A stretch of DNA of 32,000 bases, from positions 720,001-752,000 of the forward strand of contig NZ_LT906458.1 of the NCBI RefSeq assembly GCF_900187275.1. The letters are read 5' to 3'. The position numbers were made by a program, and so were the translations under genes. The notes under the pieces were generated by a model. It had not been told where the DNA came from. It worked only from the letters and a program-made list of their open reading frames with translations, and did not search any database. Below are positions 9,971-19,219 of the stretch, piece by piece; within the stretch, counting starts at the first letter, position 1; each line of letters opens with the position of its first letter. This DNA is from Pasteurella multocida. Its GTDB lineage: Bacteria; Pseudomonadota; Gammaproteobacteria; Enterobacterales; Pasteurellaceae.

Positions 9971-10729
9971 ATGGACACTAAAATTGGGCGCAAAGTGCAA
10001 TCGGGTGGGTGCGCTATTCACTGTCAAGACTGTAGTATTAGTCAACTTTGTATTCCTTTCACACTTAATGAACAGGAACTTGATCAGCTTGACAATATTA
10101 TTGAACGCAAAAAGCCAATACAAAAGTCGCAAGTGTTGTTTAAAGCGGGTGATCCATTAAATTCTCTCTATGCGATCCGCTCTGGTACGATTAAAACCTA
10201 TACTATCAGTGAAACTGGAGAAGAACAAATCACTTCATTTCAGTTACCGGGCGATCTTGTTGGCTTTGATGCAATCATGAATATGCAACATCCAAGTTTT
10301 GCTCAAGCACTGGAAACCTCTATGGTGTGCGAAATCCCATTTGACATTTTAGATGACTTATCCGGAAAAATGCCAAAGCTTCGCCAACAAATTATGCGTT
10401 TGATGAGTAATGAGATTAAAAATGATCAAGAAATGATTTTATTACTGTCAAAAATGAATGCTGAAGAACGCTTAGCGGCATTTATTTATAACCTTTCTAG
10501 ACGTTATTCTGCACGTGGTTTTTCTGCTCGCGAATTCCGTTTAACCATGACACGTGGTGATATTGGCAACTATTTAGGTTTGACCGTTGAAACCATTAGC
10601 CGTCTTTTAGGTCGCTTACAAAAAATGGGGATTCTTTCTGTACAAGGAAAGTACATCACGATTAATGATATGGTCGCGCTAATTGAGTTATCCGGAACAA
10701 CAAAAACCAATATAAAAATGGGAATTTAA
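9971..10729 (+). CDS. fnr: Fumarate/nitrate reduction transcriptional regulator FNR
   Basis: Start chosen at [27 protein letters not shown] (ORF track starts at 9908). N-terminal cysteine cluster; [28 protein letters not shown]. Confidence 0.95.
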   Translation: MDTKIGRKVQSGGCAIHCQDCSISQLCIPFTLNEQELDQLDNIIERKKPIQKSQVLFKAGDPLNSLYAIRSGTIKTYTISETGEEQITSFQLPGDLVGFDAIMNMQHPSFAQALETSMVCEIPFDILDDLSGKMPKLRQQIMRLMSNEIKNDQEMILLLSKMNAEERLAAFIYNLSRRYSARGFSAREFRLTMTRGDIGNYLGLTVETISRLLGRLQKMGILSVQGKYITINDMVALIELSGTTKTNIKMGI

Positions 10730-10734
10730 CATTT

Positions 10735-10767
10735 GAGTGCAACGTTTTGTTGCACTCCTCTACTTTT
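10735..10767 (+). terminator. Terminator downstream of fnr
   Basis: GAGTGCAAC-GTTTT-GTTGCACTC followed by a T-rich stretch. Confidence 0.65.
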
Positions 10768-10840
10768 TTACATACGCACCTTGTTATTTCAATAAATCTT
10801 TTCTATCCTATAGACAACCTAATTAACAATGGAGGTTGTT

Positions 10841-11779
10841 ATGAAGTTCAATAATATACTTGTCATTTTAAATCCAGAAAATGAAAAACAGTATGCTTTG
10901 GCACGCGCAGTGCGTTTAGTCAAAGAACAAAAAAGCCATCAAAAAGTCCGTATTACTGTTTTCTTATCCGTCTATGATCTTTCCTATGAAATGTCTGCTT
11001 TACTTTCTTCTGAAGAGCGCGCAGAAATGCACCAAGGTGTTATTGAGCAAAGAACCTTAGCAATTCAACCTTACTTAGAAAAGTATGCTGATCCAAATAT
11101 CGAATTTGAAACTAAAGTGGTATGGCATAGCAATGAAGCAGAAGCCATTACTCACGAAGTCGAAAAGCATGAATATGATCTTGTCGTCAAGTATACGAAA
11201 GAAGAAGAAAGTATTACCTCCTTAATTTTTACGCCAATGGATTGGCAATTACTCAGAAAATGTCCAAAACCATTATTAATGGTGAGAGATGGTAATTGGA
11301 AACATCAACGACGGATTCTCATTGCTGTCAATGTTGCCGATGATGAAGAAAAAAACCATAAAGTCTTTAATGAACAATTAGTCTCTTTAGGTATTGATTT
11401 AGCGGATAAACTGGAACGAGGTAATGTACATTTAGTCACCGCTTATCCACCAACACCAATTAATATGGCGATTGACTTACCAGAATTTAATAGCGGTGAA
11501 TATGAGAAAAATATCAGAGGTCAATATTTGCTGAATATGAAAGCTTTACGCCAGCAATTCAGTATTGATGAAGACCACACCCATGTACGCGAGGGTTTTC
11601 CAGAAGAAGTCATCCCACAAGTTGCCAAAGAACTTGAAGCAGAACTTGTGGTTTTAGGTACTATTGGTCGAACCGGCTTATCTGCCGCTTTTTTAGGTAA
11701 TACCGCTGAACATGTGATTAATAAATTGAATTGTAGCCTACTCGCCATTAAGCCAGACAATCCAGAAGAGAGTAATTAA
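10841..11779 (+). CDS. uspE: Universal stress protein E (tandem Usp domains)
   Basis: MKFNNILVILNPENEKQYALARAVRLVK...; second domain RRILIAVNVADDE...ELVVLGTIGRTGLSAAFLGNTAEHVINKLNCSLLAIKPD. Start at 10841 leaves GGAGG as SD. Synteny with fnr. Confidence 0.93.
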   Translation: MKFNNILVILNPENEKQYALARAVRLVKEQKSHQKVRITVFLSVYDLSYEMSALLSSEERAEMHQGVIEQRTLAIQPYLEKYADPNIEFETKVVWHSNEAEAITHEVEKHEYDLVVKYTKEEESITSLIFTPMDWQLLRKCPKPLLMVRDGNWKHQRRILIAVNVADDEEKNHKVFNEQLVSLGIDLADKLERGNVHLVTAYPPTPINMAIDLPEFNSGEYEKNIRGQYLLNMKALRQQFSIDEDHTHVREGFPEEVIPQVAKELEAELVVLGTIGRTGLSAAFLGNTAEHVINKLNCSLLAIKPDNPEESN

Positions 11780-11796
11780 TCTCACTTTCTAGCATA

Positions 11797-11829
11797 AAAA
11801 AATAGCCTGTTATATAACAGGCTATTTTA
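11797..11829. terminator. Bidirectional terminator between uspE and cybC
   Basis: AAAATAGCCTGTTATATAACAGGCTATTTT, a near-perfect palindrome between convergent genes. Confidence 0.85.
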
Positions 11830-11841
11830 ATAAAACGGGGT

Positions 11842-12216
11842 TTATTTATATTTTTTGTGATAAACGTTACGAATATCAAATAATTTTTTCGCGGCGGTTT
11901 TAGCTGCATCTAAATTTCCCTCTTGAGCCAGTTTATCCGCTTCATCAAGAGCAGTGATAAACTCTTTCATCCCCTCTTGATAACCTTTAAAATCCGCATC
12001 ATTTGTAATACTTGATGGTCTTTTTTCACTAGATTGTTGCGCAATTTCACGCAATATTTTCGCAGATTCTTGAAATTCAGCGACATCTTTTGCGTTAGTT
12101 AAGGTGGCGGCAACTGTTTTCATTTGATTCATTTCTGCACGTACATTTGCTTGAACTCCTGTCGCCACAGATAAGCCAATTAAGGTAATAGAAAGGAATT
12201 TTAGCAATTTATGCAT
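11842..12216 (-). CDS. cybC: Cytochrome b562 family protein, periplasmic
   Basis: 124 aa with signal peptide. EMNQM near the mature N-terminus and RNVYHKKYK at the C-terminus match the Met and His heme ligand positions. Confidence 0.82.
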   Translation of the reverse strand: MHKLLKFLSITLIGLSVATGVQANVRAEMNQMKTVAATLTNAKDVAEFQESAKILREIAQQSSEKRPSSITNDADFKGYQEGMKEFITALDEADKLAQEGNLDAAKTAAKKLFDIRNVYHKKYK

Positions 12217-12295
12217 TTATTATTCTCCCACAATGAATTATAAAAAAAATCGAACCATTAACCGCACAATAATGGCTCGATTATTCTAACGAATC

Positions 12296-14179
12296 TTAGT
12301 TTATTGTGCTACAAGTGAGGCAATATAAATATTTCCCTTTTGGATCATTCATTTTATTTAATAACCCAATCTGTTTTCTCACTTCACGATATTCTACTGG
12401 GAGTGCAATACTTTCTAACAATGTATTCCCTACCCATGCTTGTATTTTTCGTTTAAGGGTTGGCAACAAATCACTCAAGAAATTCTGTTCGTCTTCAACC
12501 ATCCATTGAAGGGCAAAATAATCGACTTTCTCTTTTTCATCGAGTAATTGATTAGCGAGCTCCGAAGCTTTCTCTACGGCAAGATTAAAGTGACCGAGTT
12601 CATCCACAAGATTGTGTTTAACCGCCTCTTCGCCTAACCAAATTTTACCCTGTGCTATTTTATCGACTTCTTCCACTGTCATGCCTCGACCACGGCTAAC
12701 AACGGATAAGAATTTATCGTATCCACTTTCAATTTCCAGTTGAAGAATATCTGACATTTCACTGGATAATCCACTAAAACGAGAACTTGAACTCAGTGCT
12801 GAGGTTGATACGCCATCTGCCGAAATGCCCACTTTCTTAAGTGTTTTTTCAAATGTTGGGAACAGCGCAAAAATACCAATCGAGCCTGTAATCGTATTTT
12901 TATCTGCGATAATATAATCTGCGGTACTAGAAATCCAATAGCCTCCAGAGGCCGCCATCGCCCCCATAGAAACAACAACTGGTTTTCCGAGCGCTTGTAA
13001 ATTATCTACTTCTTGACGAATTATTTCAGAAGCAAAAGCACTGCCACCTGGACTGTTGACTCGAAGAATCACCGCTTTTACATTGTCATCATCGTGCGCT
13101 TGGCGTAAAAGGCGTGCAATCGTATCTCCTCCCACTTCATGCTCATCACTTTCACCATCAATAATGGCACCTTCAACATTGACAACGGCAATTTTATATT
13201 GTCCTTCTTCAGAAAGTCGATCTGGTAACAAGGACAAATAATCCTCATAATCAATTAAGCGTATATTATCGTTTTTGTCTTGTCCAAAACGTTCCAATAA
13301 TTTTTCATCTATTTCTAAACGATTGGCTAAACCTGTCACCAACTGACGTTGCTGTGTATATGCCGTACTGTCCCCTTTCAACATTTTTAAGGCTTGTATG
13401 TATTTTGAAGACGCAGGTAACACATCATCTGGATCAATTTGACGGTTTTTTGCCACAATTTGCTTATAATTATGCCACATTGCCCCGAGCCACTCGCTCA
13501 GATCAGTCTTCGCTTCTGGCGACATATTATCGCGTAGAAACGGCTCAACAGCGGATTTATAGGTGCCGACTCTAAAAATATGCGCTGTGACATCTAAGTT
13601 TTCTAGCATTGATTTAAAATACAGATTTTCTTGACGTAATCCCGTAATATCCACCTGACCAATTGGGTTGATATAAATTTCATCTGCATAACTCGCCAAT
13701 AAATATTGTGATTGTCCTAGGTTATCCGCAAAGGCAATGACCGGTTTTTGACTTTCTTTAAAGGCATTGATGGTCTGACCAACGTATTCTAATGCAGGTA
13801 AATCTGCGCCCTCAAAGAAATTCAGATCTAACACTAATCCACTAATACGATCATCCTTTTTCGCATGATCAATCATATACACAATATCAAAAGTAGAAAT
13901 TTGGCGTGGCACATGTTGATTATCTAATTCTTTCAATGCTTTCTGCCAAGACATACTCTCTTCACGATTATCCGCAAGATAGCCATCTAAATTTAACAAT
14001 AAGGCATATTTTTCATTCTCTAACATCATAGGGTGTTGTATTTTATTTGAATGAAAAAAGATCCCAACGACTGCGGCGACAAGAAGTACAAAAAATAAAA
14101 AAACAATATTCATGACGAGCTCACGAATAAAATTTAAAATACGCCAGCATAAACGGAAAAACTGTACAATTAATTGCAT
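12296..14179 (-). CDS. sppA: Signal peptide peptidase SppA, 67K type (protease IV)
   Basis: 627 aa. N-terminal TM segment; VILRVNSPGGSAFASEIIRQE; SMGAMAASGGYWISSTADYIIADKNTITGSIGIF. Confidence 0.95.
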   Translation of the reverse strand: MQLIVQFFRLCWRILNFIRELVMNIVFLFFVLLVAAVVGIFFHSNKIQHPMMLENEKYALLLNLDGYLADNREESMSWQKALKELDNQHVPRQISTFDIVYMIDHAKKDDRISGLVLDLNFFEGADLPALEYVGQTINAFKESQKPVIAFADNLGQSQYLLASYADEIYINPIGQVDITGLRQENLYFKSMLENLDVTAHIFRVGTYKSAVEPFLRDNMSPEAKTDLSEWLGAMWHNYKQIVAKNRQIDPDDVLPASSKYIQALKMLKGDSTAYTQQRQLVTGLANRLEIDEKLLERFGQDKNDNIRLIDYEDYLSLLPDRLSEEGQYKIAVVNVEGAIIDGESDEHEVGGDTIARLLRQAHDDDNVKAVILRVNSPGGSAFASEIIRQEVDNLQALGKPVVVSMGAMAASGGYWISSTADYIIADKNTITGSIGIFALFPTFEKTLKKVGISADGVSTSALSSSSRFSGLSSEMSDILQLEIESGYDKFLSVVSRGRGMTVEEVDKIAQGKIWLGEEAVKHNLVDELGHFNLAVEKASELANQLLDEKEKVDYFALQWMVEDEQNFLSDLLPTLKRKIQAWVGNTLLESIALPVEYREVRKQIGLLNKMNDPKGKYLYCLTCSTIN

Positions 14180-14273
14180 AAAACCTCATCAAATAAACAG
14201 AATAAAGGAATTTTGCTAACATACCACAAACTCCGATAGCAATAAACGCTCATCGTAAAATATGCTAAAATCT

Positions 14274-14282
14274 ACCGCACTT
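14274..14282 (-). repeat. DNA uptake signal AAGTGCGGT
   Basis: Exact 9-mer in the sppA/ydjA intergenic region. Confidence 0.85.
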
Positions 14283-14302
14283 TACTCACTGAGGAAAATT
14301 TC

Positions 14303-14857
14303 ATGGATGCATTACAATTACTGACAACACGACGTTCAGAAAAGAAACTGACTGCGCCGGCACCGGATAAAGCACAGTTAGACGTCATTTTTCAAGCCGC
14401 ATTAAATGTGCCTGATCACGGTCGTTTATCCCCTTATCGCTTTATTGTGATGGAAGGTGAAGGTTTAAATAAACTTGAAATATTATTAAAAGAAACGGTG
14501 CAAGAATTTGAATTAGGCGAAGAATTTCTCAAAAAAGCAGAAAATTTGGCAAGCCGTGCCCCTATGGTGATTGCGGTGATTGCGAAAATCAATAAAGCGT
14601 TGCCTAAAGTCCCTGCTTGGGAACAAATGTTAAGTGCAGGTTGTGCTACTTATGCAATTCAATTGGCGGCTAACGCACAAGGCTTCGCAAATGTATGGAT
14701 TACGGGAAAATGGGTGAACGGTAGTAAATTGCGTCACGCTTTTGATTGTGCAGAACACGATAAAGTGATTGCCTTATTAATGCTAGGCAGTGCGGAAGAA
14801 AAAATGGATAGGGAAAAGAAATCACAAGATCTTTCTCAGTTTGTATCTTATCTGTAA
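14303..14857 (+). CDS. ydjA: Nitroreductase-family protein YdjA
   Basis: 184 aa. MDALQLLTTRRSEKKLTAPAPDKAQLDVIFQAALNVPDHGRLSPYRFIVMEG. Confidence 0.88.
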   Translation: MDALQLLTTRRSEKKLTAPAPDKAQLDVIFQAALNVPDHGRLSPYRFIVMEGEGLNKLEILLKETVQEFELGEEFLKKAENLASRAPMVIAVIAKINKALPKVPAWEQMLSAGCATYAIQLAANAQGFANVWITGKWVNGSKLRHAFDCAEHDKVIALLMLGSAEEKMDREKKSQDLSQFVSYL

Positions 14858-14867
14858 CAAGACAATA

Positions 14868-14903
14868 AACCGCTATACGGCAACGCAAATGCCCATAGCG
14901 GTT
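14868..14903. terminator. Inverted repeat downstream of ydjA, possible terminator
   Basis: AACCGCTAT ... ATAGCGGTT, loop about 18 nt, no T tract. Confidence 0.35.
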
Positions 14904-14949
14904 AAACCCTAACGCACATGGTGTAAATAAACGAAAATGCAGTGCTTAA

Positions 14950-15084
14950 TTAAAATCTGACACCCGTACCAATCCCTACGCCAACACCGACACCACTACT
15001 GCCACCACCCGCATTGACACTCCCGCCTACCGCACAACCCGATACGATCAAGCTCATCAAAATAAAGATAACGTATTTTTTCAT
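14950..15084 (-). CDS. Putative 44-aa glycine-rich lipoprotein, absent from the supplied ORF track
   Basis: MKKYVIFILMSLIVSGCAVGGSVNAGGGSSGVGVGVGIGTGVRF*. Lipobox VSGC. ATG lies 1 nt past the TAG of the upstream ORF (ATAG-G-ATG); SD-like GAGGG upstream. Confidence 0.7.
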   Translation of the reverse strand: MKKYVIFILMSLIVSGCAVGGSVNAGGGSSGVGVGVGIGTGVRF

Positions 15085-15085
15085 C

Positions 15086-15826
15086 CTATTTTCCCTCTTT
15101 TAATGAAGATGACATATTTTCAAATAAACGATAAATAGCAATCAGATCCGTTTTTGCGATCGGTTTGAATGGTAACAAAATGTAATAAATAAAGCGATAT
15201 TTTCGTAATGTTCTTAATACGCCATGCCAAACTTGAGGATCGCCCATATCTGCATAAGCATGAATGAGACATTGAATCTCCTCATCTGAAATGACTTTCG
15301 CACGGCATAAGCCATATAAGAACATCATCACATCTTTGGTTTTTCTCCATAACAAATCCTGCTCAACAGGATAAGCTTCCAAATCAATAAAAGTCACTTT
15401 TCCCTCTTGCCAAGTCATATCTCGCAACACGGGTCTGCCATGAACTAACCCTGTTTGATGTAATTGAATGAGGGCGTGTAGGCAATCAAATAAAATCTGT
15501 AATTTAAGCTGCTGAGATAGGCTGCTATCTTCCTGCCAAGCAATGGCTGTACGCCCAACATCATCTACGACAAAAAAGTGTTTACCATATGCGAGTAATT
15601 GAGGGACTGGCGCCTGACGCGAGGCAAAATACGTTAAGGTTTGGATTTCTTTTTGTAAGGCAATCTGAGGATTCGGTTTTAACAGTTTCCAAATACCTCG
15701 AAGCTGTTCTGGTTGTTTTAACCAACATTGTTTGCCTTGATATTGGAAATGATAAATACGTTTATGTTTATTGTTTTCCACTAATTGTGCTATATATTCT
15801 TCAAACGAAGTATGCGCAAATTCCAT
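15086..15826 (-). CDS. Protein-kinase-like fold protein (lipopolysaccharide kinase / InaA / RIO-like superfamily), with altered catalytic loop
   Basis: 246 aa. ...LHQTGLVHGRPVLRDMTWQEGKVTFIDLEAYP... resembles HGD-x5-N...IDxE of aminoglycoside phosphotransferase-like kinases. Confidence 0.65.
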   Translation of the reverse strand: MEFAHTSFEEYIAQLVENNKHKRIYHFQYQGKQCWLKQPEQLRGIWKLLKPNPQIALQKEIQTLTYFASRQAPVPQLLAYGKHFFVVDDVGRTAIAWQEDSSLSQQLKLQILFDCLHALIQLHQTGLVHGRPVLRDMTWQEGKVTFIDLEAYPVEQDLLWRKTKDVMMFLYGLCRAKVISDEEIQCLIHAYADMGDPQVWHGVLRTLRKYRFIYYILLPFKPIAKTDLIAIYRLFENMSSSLKEGK

Positions 15827-15851
15827 TTAAAACGTTTCCTTTATTCAAAAA

Positions 15852-15890
15852 AATAAAGTGTGGCTACATCACCACACTTTATTCATCGCA
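15852..15890 (-). terminator. Terminator downstream of the lipoprotein gene at 15902
   Basis: AATAAAGTGTGG ... CCACACTTTATT, 12-bp stem, 8-nt loop, followed on the - strand by TTTTTTT. Confidence 0.85.
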
Positions 15891-15901
15891 TCACTCAATG
15901 A

Positions 15902-16594
15902 TTACTTTTTCATTAAGCTAAGCTTACTGACTTTATCACCTGATAGTTGGCAATCCATATTGTAATATTGATTACCATTTAAACGCACGGTGGCTTTAAT
16001 TTGATTTTCTGTGACGACAGCATTTTCTGGGCTACGAAAAACGCGGTTGGTTTGTGCAACTTGTTGGATTTTCGCAATGCAAAGATAATTCACCTTGGCA
16101 TCACTGCCCGTTTTCACGCGTCCAGCGCTGGCATCTGCCTTATTATAACCGAATAATTTTTGTAATTGGCTCGCTTTATGCCATAACGCTTTGCTGTCTG
16201 CTGGATTTGCATGCTGTTTTTTGCCATTTGCATCAATGGCGGCGATAACATCACCACTTTGGTTAAACTGATAAACGCCCGTTTTATCTTGTACAAAACT
16301 CACTTTACCAGCTTGATAGAAAAACTTTGCCAATTGACCGTTTTTTTGCACTTTGATCAATTCTGGCTGTGTGCTTAAATAAGCAATATAGTGATCCTGA
16401 TTATGAATATATTCAAATGGTTTTAAAGCTGTCGCTTTTTGTTCTAAGCTTGCTAAATCAACGCCTAAGGCTTGAGTGACGGTTTGCGCAGAAACAACCG
16501 TAGCTCCTTGAGATGTGGTTTGAGGTAAATGACTACAGGCAGATAAGGCGATGGCAGTCATAAATAAAATAGATTTTGATGTATATTGGCGCAT
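15902..16594 (-). CDS. Hypothetical lipoprotein
   Basis: 230 aa. MRQYTSKSILFMTAIALSACSHLP with lipobox LSAC. Confidence 0.75.
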   Translation of the reverse strand: MRQYTSKSILFMTAIALSACSHLPQTTSQGATVVSAQTVTQALGVDLASLEQKATALKPFEYIHNQDHYIAYLSTQPELIKVQKNGQLAKFFYQAGKVSFVQDKTGVYQFNQSGDVIAAIDANGKKQHANPADSKALWHKASQLQKLFGYNKADASAGRVKTGSDAKVNYLCIAKIQQVAQTNRVFRSPENAVVTENQIKATVRLNGNQYYNMDCQLSGDKVSKLSLMKK

Positions 16595-16746
16595 AAAGTT
16601 TCCTTAAAATAAGACATAAACCTTGCTATTCTAACGAATAATCACCTATTTTTGAATAAAATTTCAACGTATCGTAGCAAAATAAACAATTCCGTTGCAT
16701 CACATAAAAAATAACGAGATGTTTCCACCTCGCTATCTCGCCATAT

Positions 16747-17661
16747 TTATTTGCTCAAAAACAACGCAGCGGCCCCTCGTACACCACCAGAATCACCATA
16801 TTTCGCTTTTTTAATTAGTGGCACATTCGCACTGCGTAATAAACGTGCAGGTAGGGCTTTAGGTAAGGCTTCATATAAATAATCAAAATTAGATAATCCA
16901 CCGCCTAAAACAATCACGTGAGGATCTAATACTGTAATCAAATTTCCTATTGAAATGGCACAAAGCTCAATAAAAAGCTCAACAAATTTGACCGCACTTT
17001 GGTCACCGGCATAAAAACGTTGAATAATCGCTTGCGCACTTAACGCTTCACCTTGCATATCACGATACAACATTTCAAAGCCTCTGCCTGATAAATACGT
17101 ATCTAAACAAGCACGATTACCACAACCACAATCATAAATCGGTGCGTTATCCCCGCCCAACAATCTTAACGCATGGTAATTTAATTGTGTATGTCCTACT
17201 TCACCCGCCATCCCTGTTTGACCAGAATGTACCTTACCATTAAAAATCAGACCGCCCCCAAATCCAGTCCCGAGAATTAGCCCTAGCACGCTTGGATATT
17301 GGGCATTTTCTTCATCCCAAGCTTCTGATAACGCAAAACAATTCGCGTCATTTTCAGCGCGAACTTCACGCCCTAATCGCGTTTCAAGATCTTGAATAAT
17401 CGGTTTATGATCTGCCGCACGAATATTCACTATTTCCGCAATACCTGTGGCTGGATTAACAAAACCGGGAATACCTAATCCTACAGTGCCTTGACACTGA
17501 AACATCTCATCTGCTTTATGGACTAAACGCACAATTGTGTTTAACCATTCCTCATAACTTTCTTTAGGGGTTTCTACTCTTTCTGAATATTGTTTTTCTA
17601 ACTGATCATTAAATACGGCAAGTTCAATTTTTGTTCCGCCAATATCAAATCCATATCGCAT
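16747..17661 (-). CDS. nagK: N-acetylglucosamine kinase, ROK family
   Basis: Start taken at [17 protein letters not shown] (17661). ROK zinc motif [17 protein letters not shown]; GVRGAAALF. Confidence 0.88.
   Translation of the reverse strand: MRYGFDIGGTKIELAVFNDQLEKQYSERVETPKESYEEWLNTIVRLVHKADEMFQCQGTVGLGIPGFVNPATGIAEIVNIRAADHKPIIQDLETRLGREVRAENDANCFALSEAWDEENAQYPSVLGLILGTGFGGGLIFNGKVHSGQTGMAGEVGHTQLNYHALRLLGGDNAPIYDCGCGNRACLDTYLSGRGFEMLYRDMQGEALSAQAIIQRFYAGDQSAVKFVELFIELCAISIGNLITVLDPHVIVLGGGLSNFDYLYEALPKALPARLLRSANVPLIKKAKYGDSGGVRGAAALFLSK
16991..16999 (-). repeat. DNA uptake signal AAGTGCGGT
   Basis: Exact 9-mer inside nagK, encoding Ser-Ala-Val. Confidence 0.85.
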
Positions 17662-17710
17662 GTTCACCTCACTTAAAAAAATAATTTTAATTCTAGCAAT
17701 GATTTCACGT

Positions 17711-18460
17711 CTATTTCTTGATAAATATCGATTTTTTTTGCAAAAACGTAAAAATTCCCCAGTGTACAAAAAATGCAATTAATGTGCTGATAAATAAATC
17801 TATCGGATAATGCATTCCGAAACGTAAACGACTAATCAGCATAAATACAGCCCACAGTGAAGTGAAACTCACAAGTACTTTTGCCGTTAATGAACGTACA
17901 CTTAATAAGTGTACAAAACCGACCACTAACATCAACCAAGTTGCCGCAAAAATCGTATGTCCAGAGGGAAATGCATAGCCCACTTCTTTTTCATAATGGC
18001 TCTTTAACCAGTTTGGTGTATCCGATTTTGTTTGATAAAACTGATCAATAAAATGCGATCGTTGTTTACGCTCTTGTGCATAAAATTGTTCAACACTGAT
18101 GCCACTCGCTTCTGCGACATAAACAATATAAGGACGCGGCTCCGAAAAAAGCGTTTTTAATCCGCTTTTGATACCTTGCGTAAGGATGACGGAAAATGCC
18201 ATGACAAGCACACCTAATACCCACTGTTTTCGCGTCTGGAATAAGGGAATAAAAAGTAAGGCAAAAATCCCACACGTAATAATCGCATAAGGCACACTCC
18301 CACTTTCTGTTAAGAAATAAAGTGGATAGTCGTAATTTGTCATCACATCATCGCTACGCCATTGCCATGTAAAAATCCAAGCAAAAAGAGGGACAACACA
18401 AAGCAATAAGGTATATAATGATAATCTTTTTAACATATTCGCAACCATAAAATGAATCAT
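17711..18460 (-). CDS. pgpB: PAP2-family phosphatase (phosphatidylglycerophosphatase B-like)
   Basis: [23 protein letters not shown] and [13 protein letters not shown] catalytic motifs; multiple TM helices. True start probably 18460 or 18448, not 18610. Confidence 0.85.
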   Translation of the reverse strand: MIHFMVANMLKRLSLYTLLLCVVPLFAWIFTWQWRSDDVMTNYDYPLYFLTESGSVPYAIITCGIFALLFIPLFQTRKQWVLGVLVMAFSVILTQGIKSGLKTLFSEPRPYIVYVAEASGISVEQFYAQERKQRSHFIDQFYQTKSDTPNWLKSHYEKEVGYAFPSGHTIFAATWLMLVVGFVHLLSVRSLTAKVLVSFTSLWAVFMLISRLRFGMHYPIDLFISTLIAFFVHWGIFTFLQKKSIFIKK

Positions 18461-18511
18461 CTGAAAGAGCGATATTCTATCAGATAACGCATAAAAGAAT
18501 AAGGATTGATT

Positions 18512-19171
18512 ATGGCAAAAATTCAACGCGTTACCGAGGCTAATTTGCCAACGGAATTTGGCATGTTTAGAATTGTCGGTTTTGAATTTCCAGACACCAA
18601 AAAAGAACATGTGGCATTAGTATTGGGAGAGGTAGAAAACACCGACGAGCCAATTTTAGCCCGCATCCATTCTGAATGCTTAACGGGCGATGCCCTTTAC
18701 AGCTTAAAATGCGATTGTGGCTTTCAACTGGCCGCTGCCTTACGTCAAATTAGCCAAGAAGGTCGTGGTGTATTAATTTATCACCGCGAGGAAGGACGTG
18801 GTATCGGTTTAATTAATAAAATCCGCGCCTATTCCCTTCAAGACAAAGGCATGGATACGATTGAAGCAAATCTTGCATTAGGCTTTGCGGCAGATGAACG
18901 AAATTTTGAAGTGTGTGCCGATATTTTTGCGTTGTTAGGCATTAATAAAGTGCGCTTATTAACCAATAACCCAAACAAAATTGACACCATGAAAAAGGCA
19001 GGGATCAATATTGTAGAACGTGTCGCATTAAATGTAGGCGAAAACCGCTATAACACGGAATATTTAGACACAAAAGCCAAAAAAATGGGGCATTTTATTA
19101 TTCATAATCAGCAAAAATACCCACTTGAGTGCCCTTATTGCTCAGAAGAAGTTCCTGTGCAAGAGAAATAA
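18512..19171 (+). CDS. ribA: GTP cyclohydrolase II
   Basis: [24 protein letters not shown]; [24 protein letters not shown]; [15 protein letters not shown]. Confidence 0.95.
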   Translation: MAKIQRVTEANLPTEFGMFRIVGFEFPDTKKEHVALVLGEVENTDEPILARIHSECLTGDALYSLKCDCGFQLAAALRQISQEGRGVLIYHREEGRGIGLINKIRAYSLQDKGMDTIEANLALGFAADERNFEVCADIFALLGINKVRLLTNNPNKIDTMKKAGINIVERVALNVGENRYNTEYLDTKAKKMGHFIIHNQQKYPLECPYCSEEVPVQEK

Positions 19172-19177
19172 ACGCAA

Positions 19178-19197
19178 TGCCCCACTTCTGTGGGGTA
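19178..19197. terminator. Hairpin between convergent ribA and the solute-binding protein gene
   Basis: CCCCAC-TTCT-GTGGGG; weak T tract. Confidence 0.45.
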
Positions 19198-19219
19198 TGT
19201 GCAATCAATAGAGCGCATA

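Noticed and set aside
13056-13575. + strand ORFs 13056-13241 and 13354-13575
   Set aside because: Antisense to sppA; low-complexity Ser-rich or unstructured translations.
15589-16248. + strand ORFs 15589-15921 and 16054-16248
   Set aside because: Overlap the kinase-like and lipoprotein genes in antisense and run across the terminator at 15852-15883.
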